DNA of 64,000 nucleotides from a virus: positions 10,648 to 74,647 of IMG/VR virus record IMGVR_UViG_3300050821_007016; one strand, 5' to 3'. Position 1 is the first letter of the stretch. Each line of letters opens with the position of its first letter. Under the pieces are notes generated by a model. The model did not search any database, was not told the DNA's origin, and saw only the letters and a program-made list of their open reading frames with translations. A program made the position numbers and the translations under genes. Below are positions 28,201 through 35,594 of the stretch, in pieces.

Positions 28201-28686
28201 GGTGATCTGCGGCAGCATCTCCATCCAGCGGTTGGGATCGACCTTATCTTTTGGCTCGGCTGGTACGGTTTCCGACATGATAGACGTAGGAGCCGGAGAT
28301 GCTGGCGTTATCGGTGCTTCTTCTGATTTATGGTGGCGAGCGCCGCCCCATTGGGGGCCATGATGAACCTTCTTGATCTTAAGATGCTCTCTGAACATCT
28401 TTGCTTCGATCGCTTCGATCACCTCTAGCGGCGTTTTGCTTACCCATTCCCCTACCGTTTTGGCGTCCGTTTTCAGGTCGGAGATTATCTCCCATTCGAA
28501 CCGAGTAGCCGTCTCCTGGTCGGGCATCTCATAGGCGGCGAAAATCTTCAGCTTATGGCCGTTGCCGGTCTGCAGCTGCCGAAGCCTCTTGTCGATGTCG
28601 CGGTAGGTGAGGCCGATTTTGGTAACGCGGTGACCGCGAGAACGCGCGATGACGTAGAGCTTGGGAACCTCGACCGTTTCCGTCAT
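25231..28686 (-). CDS. Portal protein (DUF1073) fused to N-terminal T5orf172/GIY-YIG-like domain and C-terminal wHTH + ADP-ribosyltransferase
   Basis: Portal motifs LAQRPEYR, LKPAYAFGG, IPLVKFTGIQPSGLNASSEGEI; N-terminal LYVI...KIG...RLRQLQTGN...GEW; C-terminal IKNYS...VNAALR...LIR...MSTS...EDEVVF. Confidence 0.9.
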   Translation of the reverse strand: MTETVEVPKLYVIARSRGHRVTKIGLTYRDIDKRLRQLQTGNGHKLKIFAAYEMPDQETATRFEWEIISDLKTDAKTVGEWVSKTPLEVIEAIEAKMFREHLKIKKVHHGPQWGGARHHKSEEAPITPASPAPTSIMSETVPAEPKDKVDPNRWMEMLPQITEVFERYSQRVERTRDNSPFRLPDFPKAAVPATMSMAMDSALMGNLSFCSDAWAAGGSFDNFPGDGNGFLGYSFLSALAQRPEYRVMAETIADDATREWIDFDVVGDEKANQEEAEKDPEGFAERMADPDEKRKRVKEAGKTDKVKALQDDQLRLEVAHRFHAQSRNNGFFGRSHLLLDIWTNNIEPTADEMKTAIGTGVADDAVSRSKVTPGSFKRLQTIEPVWTYPLAYNAWDPTRADWYNPQVWFVMGKEFHGSRLQTFIAHPVPDMLKPAYAFGGISLSEMAKPYVDIWLQTRSSVAQLIHSFSVMVLKTDLSTLLNNNNAAQMLSRVAMFNMMRDNANTYVINEATEDFANVSAPLSGLHELQAQAQEHMASVHRIPLVKFTGIQPSGLNASSEGEIKTYDDTIAAYQKRVLDPNLRRIINFEQLSLWGEIDPEITFTWKPLREMTLAEKGQKEKDDADRNQKYVDMGALAPGEIRKAIIEDPDLPYTGLDPDDVPEPPAEEGLLGPGAGGSATEFEKEADGQGGEGGGANDAAGPFGATDEASFEESKHPRAPDGKFTSGGGGGGSTPAFKSKKEHAAHLLTKGTTTQEMLAALNWPTISMPQMAKTLGMKLEKTKEGGVTKYKGVKMTPEELAAAKAEAAKSKPEPQKVEIKQEPPKAPAPPPATKHGPATAGELEKAKKNVPLKIQYVPGAPQDSLKAQGLVNEFNAKWLNKTTPDKLQEKVNDFKDLVEAMKPLQSEQQKAAAAKLEAEKAQAAAHAKALADKAVALAKEKAEKNKKYIKELGISETQAEGFDALAKMMGKADLVEDFQKYAKEAEAYGYPISGFECALIKNYSDGGFGQVNAALRSDKWTPAQHVYVAMVNKALKSMPSYQGEPLIRNTNLSQEQIAYYAEGHIIQEKALMSTSKKKPNGVFSGNVRFVVTPTKGSSRAADIKKLSVHGGEDEVVFAGRTYFKVGKVEKLSQALSTGATTVIHLEEWHEL

Positions 28687-28743
28687 TCGAATCGTTCTCT
28701 TGGTTCAAGATGAAACGGCATCTTGCATCAAGATGAACGTCGG

Positions 28744-29223
28744 TCAATGCCGGCGATGATGCCGCGGGCACGCTACCTGGTACCCGAAGGGCCATCCGAC
28801 GTAGCAGATTTCAGAGCCGCCTCCGCCCGATCCGCCACTGTAAGCGCCACCCGAACCGCCACCAGCGCCGCCAGCTCCACCGCCTCCACCACCAGCTCCA
28901 GCGCCAGCGCCGCCTCCCGCGCCTCCAGAGCCAGCTCCCGCGCCGCCTCCTCCACCAGCACCGCCGCCACCTGAACCTCCACCGCCGCCAGCGCCCGCGC
29001 CTCCGCCTCCTGAACCCCCTCCAGAACCGCCACCGCCGCCTCCTGAGCCGCCTCCGCCTCCCCCGCCACCTGACCCGCCCCCTCCGCCGCCGGAGCCACC
29101 ACCGGCCCCGCCACCGCCACCAGCGCCGCAACCAGCGCCGCCTCCCCCACCGCCGCCCCCGTGCGCGAGCGCGGGGCCGGCCAAAAGGATCAGCGTGAGG
29201 GTAGCGGCGAGGAGCTTCTTCAT
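28744..29223 (-). CDS. Secreted glycine-rich protein
   Basis: MKKLLAATLTLILLAGPALA signal, >100-aa Gly/Ala/Ser tract, then CYVGWPFGYQVAC; GGAGG RBS. Confidence 0.7.
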   Translation of the reverse strand: MKKLLAATLTLILLAGPALAHGGGGGGGGAGCGAGGGGGAGGGSGGGGGGSGGGGGGGGSGGGGGGSGGGSGGGGAGAGGGGGSGGGGAGGGGGAGAGSGGAGGGAGAGAGGGGGGAGGAGGGSGGAYSGGSGGGGSEICYVGWPFGYQVACPRHHRRH

Positions 29224-29327
29224 ATCCAGCCTCCAGTAAGCCAGTGCGCGATGACCAGCACCGCGATGACCACGAGCACCCAGAAGCCGAAGGCGACCAG
29301 GGCGGCCTCGCGGTCGTTCAGGTCCAT
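29220..29327 (-). CDS. 35-aa membrane peptide
   Basis: MDLNDREAALVAFGFWVLVVIAVLVIAHWLTGGWI; coupled overlaps. Confidence 0.5.
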   Translation of the reverse strand: MDLNDREAALVAFGFWVLVVIAVLVIAHWLTGGWI

Positions 29328-29641
29328 CAGGACGCGGTTGCGACGATCTGGACAGAACCGAGGACTTGCGGCGCGGCGTCGACCTCAACGTCGATCAAGG
29401 CCGAGAAGCTGGCACCGCCCACCGCTAGCGCGACGCTGACGACGTCGGTTCCGGCCGCGAGCGCGACGCCGGTGGCCGTCAGGCCGTCCGCGGACGCCGT
29501 GACCGTCTCCGTGGCAGGCGTGGTGTTCGTCCAGGCCGGGGCCGCGTCGGGCTTCGGCGTGACGATCATGGGATTGCCGTTCGTGTCGAAGAACGCCAGC
29601 GAATACGCGACCGAGTGACCGACCGTTACCTTGATGCCCAT
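29327..29641 (-). CDS. Stand-alone Ig-like domain protein
   Basis: DTNGNP...W...VTASADGLTATGVALAAGT; an in-frame upstream start at 29746 is also possible. Confidence 0.65.
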   Translation of the reverse strand: MGIKVTVGHSVAYSLAFFDTNGNPMIVTPKPDAAPAWTNTTPATETVTASADGLTATGVALAAGTDVVSVALAVGGASFSALIDVEVDAAPQVLGSVQIVATAS

Positions 29642-29745
29642 GATGTGTCTCCGATTCGGGTGAGGATGATGGTGATGCCGAACGTGCGCGATGATTACCA
29701 CACTTTTCAAGACCTGGCGGCGACGGTGGAGGAATTGACTCAGCA

Positions 29746-29949
29746 TTATTTTGTCTCCCCGATGGACGGCCTGGTCCTTGGCGCATGCTCGCTCTGGACC
29801 ATGAGCCTGTCGCCGTAGCGCTTGCGAAGGGTCTGCTGCCGGGTTCGGTGGCACTTCTTGCATTTCCCCATCTTACCGTCGCTATTGCCATCGGCGGCGT
29901 AGTAGTCGTCGAGGGGTTTGCGCTGGAGGCAGTGGCTGCATGTTTTCAT
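29746..29949 (-). CDS. Zinc-finger protein (KTCSHC...CKKC)
   Basis: Motif resembles the N-terminal Zn module of phage HNH/EndoVII proteins. Confidence 0.6.
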   Translation of the reverse strand: MKTCSHCLQRKPLDDYYAADGNSDGKMGKCKKCHRTRQQTLRKRYGDRLMVQSEHAPRTRPSIGETK

Positions 29950-30137
29950 GTCCAGCTCCCGTCGATGCCTGCCAGCAGCATCTTCCACGATAACTGCATG
30001 GCCTCGAACGATGCCTCGCAGAGCAGGGCGACTTCGTCCTTGCGCTTCGGTAGCGGGAGGATGGTGGCCTCGGCGTCGATCGAGCCGCGCCTCATAGCCT
30101 TCTCGATCGGGAATCGGATCAGGGTCGCGGTCATGAG
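29946..30137 (-). CDS. Hypothetical protein
   Basis: Coupled small ORF. Confidence 0.45.
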   Translation of the reverse strand, partial: LMTATLIRFPIEKAMRRGSIDAEATILPLPKRKDEVALLCEASFEAMQLSWKMLLAGIDGSWT

Positions 30138-30370
30138 CTTGTGTGTCCGCACCAGGGAGGGGAATAGCCGGCTCCGGGAGAGGCCTCGCGGGCCTCCTGC
30201 TCCTCCTTTTTCCGCCGCTTGATCTCGTCGTCCATCTTGACCTGGACGGCCGTGAGGCCCTGCAAGAATCCAATTTTGTAGGCGAGGGCATAATTACGGC
30301 CAACATGCTCTGTGCTGATCTCTAAGAGCCAGCCGTCGATCTGCTCGTTGGTGAATGTTTCGGTCGTCAT
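30131..30370 (-). CDS. Hypothetical protein
   Basis: MTTETFTNEQ...; ATGA overlap. Confidence 0.5.
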   Translation of the reverse strand: MTTETFTNEQIDGWLLEISTEHVGRNYALAYKIGFLQGLTAVQVKMDDEIKRRKKEEQEAREASPGAGYSPPWCGHTSS

Positions 30371-30624
30371 TGCATCGTTCCCTTCACCGTTTTTACCGCC
30401 TGGCGCTTTCCGTTTGTCGCTAGGGTCTCCTGGATGTAGTGGACGATCCAGTCGATCCTCCAGTCCTGTTGCTCCACATCGGCGTCGCACGCGTTAATGA
30501 TGTTGTTCGCCAGGACAAGGCATAAAGCCGCGGAGTAGTGATTCCCCGGCAATCCATCCGGCCACGGGAGAACCGAGGCCTGGATTTTCTTCGCCAACTC
30601 CTCGACGATCTTAGGGTCGAGCAT
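30367..30624 (-). CDS. Hypothetical protein
   Basis: 85-aa ORF in a coupled string. Confidence 0.55.
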   Translation of the reverse strand: MLDPKIVEELAKKIQASVLPWPDGLPGNHYSAALCLVLANNIINACDADVEQQDWRIDWIVHYIQETLATNGKRQAVKTVKGTMQ

Positions 30625-30625
30625 C

Positions 30626-31324
30626 TCAGGTCCCCGTGATGTAGCGCCGCACCTTGGTCAGGTAGCTCTCGTGGTACGGCTTGTCCTCGTCCTCGTCGCC
30701 GTCCCAATACTCTGTCTCGTCGTAGTCGTCCGACCACGCAGAGGCCGAGGATGCGATCGCTTCCTGCTTCTGGCGCTCGCGCTCCTGCCGTGCCTTGAGG
30801 CTGTTGTCCGGCTCAAAGAAACTAACGACCGGCGGATCGTAGACGCCGTCGACGATTCGCCACGTCTCGATCAGCTGGATCGGCGGGCCATTGTCGACCT
30901 TGTCGAGGCACAACATATCGATGTGGACCGGAATCCTGGACAGCTCCGGCCGCGTGTAGTCGATCGCGATGTTGATGGGGCTGGTCGGCACCGACAGCAG
31001 CATATCCTCGTCCGCCAGCGCTCGCCATCGATAGCAACCGCGTATGTTAATGCCCATGTAGTGCAGGTCCGGCTCGGCTACGTTCAGGCGCCTCACGTGG
31101 ATGAGCGCGGCGCCGTCGGAAGCCAGCAGCGCGCGGCCCTTCGGGTCGAGCGGCAGCTCGAAGCCGACCATCATGTCGTAAATCTTGCGGCGCAGGTACG
31201 GGTGCGGCGAGGGCAGCCGCACCAGCTCGTTCGCCGGCACCATCGGAACGGCGAACGTCGCCGCGGTCGCTGCGGCGGCCAGCAGGAAGAAGCGTCGGCT
31301 GATCTGGACGGGCTCGTTGCTCAT
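30626..31324 (-). CDS. Twin-arginine-signal protein, paralogue of 14603..15085
   Basis: SRRFFLLAAAATAATFA leader; GINIRGCYRWRALADED. Confidence 0.75.
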   Translation of the reverse strand: MSNEPVQISRRFFLLAAAATAATFAVPMVPANELVRLPSPHPYLRRKIYDMMVGFELPLDPKGRALLASDGAALIHVRRLNVAEPDLHYMGINIRGCYRWRALADEDMLLSVPTSPINIAIDYTRPELSRIPVHIDMLCLDKVDNGPPIQLIETWRIVDGVYDPPVVSFFEPDNSLKARQERERQKQEAIASSASAWSDDYDETEYWDGDEDEDKPYHESYLTKVRRYITGT

Positions 31325-31438
31325 TGTTCACCTTCCTCCGAGCGTGTAGCCGATCAGCGCCATGAAAAGCAGGAGGATGCCGCCGATCATGCCGACGTTG
31401 AACATTAGATTTGCCAGATGATGTGCCATCCCGCCAGC

Positions 31439-31458
31439 TTAGGAACTTTTTTCCCCAA
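31439..31458 (-). promoter_or_regulatory. Operator/promoter motif TTGGGGAAAAAAGTTCCTAA
   Basis: Exact 20-nt reverse complement of 47144..47163. Confidence 0.65.
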
Positions 31459-31568
31459 AAGCTAGAGCTTCTTTGACCTCTATCCAGTGCGGCCATCGCT
31501 CGCCGAGGCAGGCGCCCTTCCCGCTTCGGGGGCTGGCGCGGCATTTTAAAATCCATTTAAAATCACTT

Positions 31569-33239
31569 TTAAATCCGGCCGGCCCGCGCGATCTGCTGCA
31601 GCATCGATCCGGTCACCTCGATCGGCTCCGGCGGCATCGGCGCGTAGCGGATCACGACCGCGTCCGCCTGGTTCGGGCTCTTGGTGCCCTCCGGCTTCTT
31701 TTCGATCACGATCTTGCCGAGGTCGTTCTGCTTGTAGGTCGCCTGCGACAGCTCCGCCACCAGCTTCATCAGGTTCGGGTTGTTGCGGCTGAGCGAGACC
31801 ATGTCGTCGACCTTGCACGGCGTGCCCTCGGCGCCGCCGGTCTCCATGTGCCGCACGGCGCGGTAGGTCTTCTGAAATCGCTTCCGCAGCGCCCACCACG
31901 ATTGTGCCTTGTGGTTGGCGAAGTAATCCTCGTTAGTGCGGCCGGTGTCTCCCGAGAGGCCGATCGTGCCCTCGACGATGCCCTCCGGGTCCACCACACC
32001 CACCGAGCCTCGGTAGCCTATGGCCTTGACCATCCGAGCCTTGGCCCGCTGGCGCCGCTCGTTGATCACCCTGGAGTCGCCGCCCACGCCAGCCCCGAGG
32101 CCGTCGGCGTCGTAGCGGAACTCGGTCAGCTCGTGGTCATCGCAGAGGTCGAACACGTACTCCGTCGACGAGAAGATGTCCGAGCCCTTGCCGCTCCACT
32201 CCTCGGTCTCCAGCACCTCGATGCCCTTGCAGATGCAGACCGCGTTCTTGTCATCGCCCTCGTCGGCCACGTCGAACGCGATCGCCTTGCGCCCAGCCGG
32301 CGCGATGCCGAGCTTCTCGCAGGCGCCGATCGCCGCGCGCACCCAGATGCCGGGGATCACCACGCCCTTGACAGAGGCCGCGTAGTCGCGGTCGATCTCC
32401 TGCGCCACCACGACCGGGTCTAGCTCCGCGCACTGCTTGTCGTACCACGCCTGGTCCTTCCGAGGGTCGTCGCGCCAGTCGAAGATGAACACGTCGATCT
32501 TGCCGCCCCAGCGCTTCTGGGCGAACGGGTTCGCCATGCCGCGCACCGACGACATGTCGATCCGGCAGTTGGTGGTCTGCGACAGCGAGGCCTCGACCAG
32601 CTCGGGCCGCGGCAGATGGGCCGCCTCGTCCACGAAGTAGATGCTGGTGCGGTCGCCGCGGCCGATGTCGTCGCCGCCTTCTCCCGCGATCAGCGAGCCG
32701 GTGTTCGGGAACGTGATCCGCATGAACGGGGCGTCGCGCCACGCCACCCAGTCGCCCTTGAACTCAATGGGCAGGTTTTCCATGAAGGTCCGGCCCTTGG
32801 GGAAGATAGGCTTGAGCGTACCGATCTTGTCGACGTACTCGCCCTTGCGCGAACCGAACCCGATCGACAGCCCCTCGTAGAGCAGGCAGAGCGTGCATGA
32901 CAGCGCCATCGACAGCCAGGTCGCGCCCACGTCGCGGGACTTCTCGATCAGGCCGGGGCGGCGGTTGCGCCACTTGTCGATCACGTACTCGACGAACTCG
33001 CGCTGCTTCGGGAACATGATGAAAGGGATCGCCGCCGGCAGGCCGATCTCGACGTTGCGCGGTTCGTGCATCATGCCCCAGTCGCAGATGAAGTCGGCCG
33101 GCGCGGTGCGGTAGTGGTCCATGTAGGCCGGCACGACCTCGGGGTGCTCGCGCAGCCGCTTCAGGTTTTCCATGCGGGTGTTCATCGCCAGCGCGTAGTC
33201 GGGGTTCTTCCAGTCCCACTTGATCGGCTTAAGCAACAT
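31569..33239 (-). CDS. terL: Terminase large subunit
   Basis: EKSRDVGATW (Walker A-like), YFVDEAAH (Walker B), AFDVADEGDD and KSPNQADA nuclease motifs. Confidence 0.93.
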   Translation of the reverse strand: MLLKPIKWDWKNPDYALAMNTRMENLKRLREHPEVVPAYMDHYRTAPADFICDWGMMHEPRNVEIGLPAAIPFIMFPKQREFVEYVIDKWRNRRPGLIEKSRDVGATWLSMALSCTLCLLYEGLSIGFGSRKGEYVDKIGTLKPIFPKGRTFMENLPIEFKGDWVAWRDAPFMRITFPNTGSLIAGEGGDDIGRGDRTSIYFVDEAAHLPRPELVEASLSQTTNCRIDMSSVRGMANPFAQKRWGGKIDVFIFDWRDDPRKDQAWYDKQCAELDPVVVAQEIDRDYAASVKGVVIPGIWVRAAIGACEKLGIAPAGRKAIAFDVADEGDDKNAVCICKGIEVLETEEWSGKGSDIFSSTEYVFDLCDDHELTEFRYDADGLGAGVGGDSRVINERRQRAKARMVKAIGYRGSVGVVDPEGIVEGTIGLSGDTGRTNEDYFANHKAQSWWALRKRFQKTYRAVRHMETGGAEGTPCKVDDMVSLSRNNPNLMKLVAELSQATYKQNDLGKIVIEKKPEGTKSPNQADAVVIRYAPMPPEPIEVTGSMLQQIARAGRI

Positions 33240-33411
33240 TCCAGGGACCAAAATCGTTGGCGATTGGCCAGAACGCCCCGTCGGATACCGGCCACCGAAA
33301 GCAGGCGATGGTCACGGTCGAGCCCGCGGTTATGATCCAGCGCAGCCTGAACTCGGCGATCGCCTGGTTCGACGCGTCCTTCCATGCCGGGTAGAAGAAC
33401 AGGTCGATCAT
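33229..33411 (-). CDS. Hypothetical protein
   Basis: Coupled small ORF (MIDLFFYPAW). Confidence 0.45.
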   Translation of the reverse strand: MIDLFFYPAWKDASNQAIAEFRLRWIITAGSTVTIACFRWPVSDGAFWPIANDFGPWNVA

Positions 33412-33650
33412 GACGGCCTCACCACCCCGAACTCCAGCATCAGCGCCATCCACTCGTCGCGGTTCGTGATGGCGTACTGGCGCTCGATGCGGGCCGCCTT
33501 GATCTCCGGCTTGAGCAGCTGGACCGTTTCAGGCCCCCTTCGGACCGTTCTGACGGCCCCGAGCGGCCAGAACATCCACCACATCAGATTCGGGATGCTG
33601 TAGCCGTTCCGCATGAACCTCTGGTGCCGCGCGATCATATTTCTGCTCAT
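33408..33650 (-). CDS. Hypothetical protein
   Basis: 80-aa ORF, ATGA overlap. Confidence 0.45.
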   Translation of the reverse strand: MSRNMIARHQRFMRNGYSIPNLMWWMFWPLGAVRTVRRGPETVQLLKPEIKAARIERQYAITNRDEWMALMLEFGVVRPS

Positions 33651-33813
33651 CCCCGGGCCTCACCCTTGTAGGACATCAGAGGCCGCTTCAGGATTGATCC
33701 GTCTTCCTGCGGGGGCTCCTCGTACCACCAAAAGCCAAGGCCATCAGTTTTCGCCTCGCCGTAGAAGCGACATTCGGGCCAACCTGGCAGGTGAAGGGAT
33801 GGCTGCTTTGGTT

Positions 33814-34464
33814 TCATGTCGTGCTCCAGGCGAACGTGGTGGTCGGGCCGGCATTTATCATCATCACCTGCTCGAAGCTGTAGTTGTACTCCTTGAGCAG
33901 CGCCAGCGCGGCCTCGCGAATCTTGATGGCTTTGCGGTTGTTAGCGATCGATTCCTCGGCCCTGGCAGCGCTCGTCTGCAGCGCCCGCGCGAGCGGGTCC
34001 TCTCCGTCGCCCTTGTGCTTGCGCTTGAGGCGCTCGACCATGCCGTGGGCCGTCTTGACGCAGCGCTCCAGATCGGAGCAGGCCTTCCTCGACTTGCCCA
34101 GCTCGTCCTGGATGCCGGCGGCCACCACACGCAGCACGTCGATCTTCTCCGGGTCCTTGCTCGGGTGGAAGCCGCTCTGCTGGAACTGCTGCACCAGCTG
34201 GTTGAGCGCCTCGGCGATCAGGCCCAGCGCCGCCGGCCGCGTCTGGTCCGGCTCGGGCTCCTCGGCCACGCCCGTGTCGTCAAACTTCTTGCGCTTGCCG
34301 CTGTTCGTAAGGATCGCGTAGGCCAGCGCCACCTTGGCGAAGGCTTCCTCGCTGCCCCCAGTGTCGGGGTGGGTCTCCATGCATCGCTTGCGGTAGGCGG
34401 CGCGGATCGCCGGCTTGCGCGCGTTCGGCTCCAGGCCCAGCTCCTCGTAGGGGTTCCAGGTCAT
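33814..34464 (-). CDS. J-domain (DnaJ-like, type III) protein
   Basis: NPYEELGL...IRAAYRKR...HPDTGGSEEAF...AYAIL...RKKFD. Confidence 0.88.
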   Translation of the reverse strand: MTWNPYEELGLEPNARKPAIRAAYRKRCMETHPDTGGSEEAFAKVALAYAILTNSGKRKKFDDTGVAEEPEPDQTRPAALGLIAEALNQLVQQFQQSGFHPSKDPEKIDVLRVVAAGIQDELGKSRKACSDLERCVKTAHGMVERLKRKHKGDGEDPLARALQTSAARAEESIANNRKAIKIREAALALLKEYNYSFEQVMMINAGPTTTFAWSTT

Positions 34465-34558
34465 TTGCTTCCCAATTTCCCTAACGCCCAAAAGAAAACG
34501 CAGACAGCTGCGGCCACACAAAACGCCATCCCTACGTCATGAAATGCCTGAGGCCAGG

Positions 34559-34999
34559 TCACGCGATCCTCCTCACCATCTGCTGGTATACCCGCGTCGC
34601 CGCGGCCGCGTCGTCTATCACGAGCACCTTGCCCTTGGCCGCCGCATCCACGACCGGCTCGGGCGCCGGCATCGTCACCTTGATCGTCGAGAACGTCGGG
34701 TCCTGGTACGGTGCCAGGTTCTTCGCGAACGTCCCCGCCAGCTCCATGCCCTCCACGAACCGCTCATAGTCCAGCGGGTCGAACGGCTGGTTCATGTTGG
34801 CGGACGCCATCAGCTTGTTGTGGTGCCGCGCCGCGTAGTTCATCGCCAGCATCATCAGCTCGTTGAGCACCTCGGTCGCCTTCTTCTGGCCCGAGCGCTT
34901 GATCGCTCCGACCTGCTCTGACGCCTCGCGCAGTTGGGCTATTGTTCGCTTGTTGAGCGAGCCCTTCTGGCGTCCGCCGTATCTGGTTCCCTTGGGCAC
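34559..34999 (-). CDS. Probable terminase small subunit
   Basis: GGRQKGSLNKRT N-terminal motif, AKNLAPYQDP; upstream of terL. Confidence 0.6.
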   Translation of the reverse strand: MPKGTRYGGRQKGSLNKRTIAQLREASEQVGAIKRSGQKKATEVLNELMMLAMNYAARHHNKLMASANMNQPFDPLDYERFVEGMELAGTFAKNLAPYQDPTFSTIKVTMPAPEPVVDAAAKGKVLVIDDAAAATRVYQQMVRRIA

Positions 35000-35364
35000 T
35001 AAATTAGTCTCGAATAGCCGGGCGGCGGCGGGATGACGCGCAGCACCCCTGTTTGCTCGATCGCCTCCATGAACATGCCGGCGATGATTGATCCTGGCTC
35101 CAGGGCCTTCTTGAATATTGAGATGTCTGTGGGGCGGTCGCATACAGGTCTGAACGCCCATGCTCCGAAGGCCATCTCAGCGTCGCAGTCCAGGTACTTG
35201 CGGGGCTGGTTCTTGATCTCGTAGAACCGCAGGTATGGCTTGCCGTCGACCTCATGGATGGTGCGAATGGTGTAGACGACGCCGAAGCTCGGAGTGATCT
35301 CGCCGTTTATGGACACCCACCTGATGTCGCGGACTTGCGTCACCTTCTGACCGATCCTCAGCAT
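34999..35364 (-). CDS. Hypothetical phage protein
   Basis: IGQKV...GVVYTIR...FRP...TDISIF pattern. Confidence 0.6.
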   Translation of the reverse strand: MLRIGQKVTQVRDIRWVSINGEITPSFGVVYTIRTIHEVDGKPYLRFYEIKNQPRKYLDCDAEMAFGAWAFRPVCDRPTDISIFKKALEPGSIIAGMFMEAIEQTGVLRVIPPPPGYSRLI

Positions 35365-35594
35365 CTGGTAAGAGCCTCGTCTACGTGATGTTTGGTGATA
35401 CCGCCATTGTCGGCAAACCACTCCCAAGAACCGGGCTTGAGAAGCCCCAAGCGCTCGCACCGCAAAACAAGCTGTTTCGGCGTGGTCCCGTCCATACGAG
35501 CCAAGGCAATGGCCATCCTACGGGTGAATTTGTCGCTACCCTCTATATGTTTTTTGAAGGCGGCGGCCAGTGAATCCATATCCATCATACTCAC
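35358..35594 (-). CDS. Small protein resembling the C-terminal subdomain of XRE-ImmA/IrrE proteins
   Basis: TRR.AI.LA...LVLRCERLGLLKPGSWEWFADNGGIT; similarity recalled, not searched. Confidence 0.5.
   Translation of the reverse strand: MSMMDMDSLAAAFKKHIEGSDKFTRRMAIALARMDGTTPKQLVLRCERLGLLKPGSWEWFADNGGITKHHVDEALTRC

Noticed and set aside
25231-28686. Intein in portal or terminase
   Set aside because: No Cys-start/His-Asn-end splicing motifs seen; the extra domains are terminal rather than internal.
28744-29223. Microcin B17-like precursor
   Set aside because: It has a Sec signal, almost no Cys in the Gly tract, and no YcaO or dehydrogenase genes are present.
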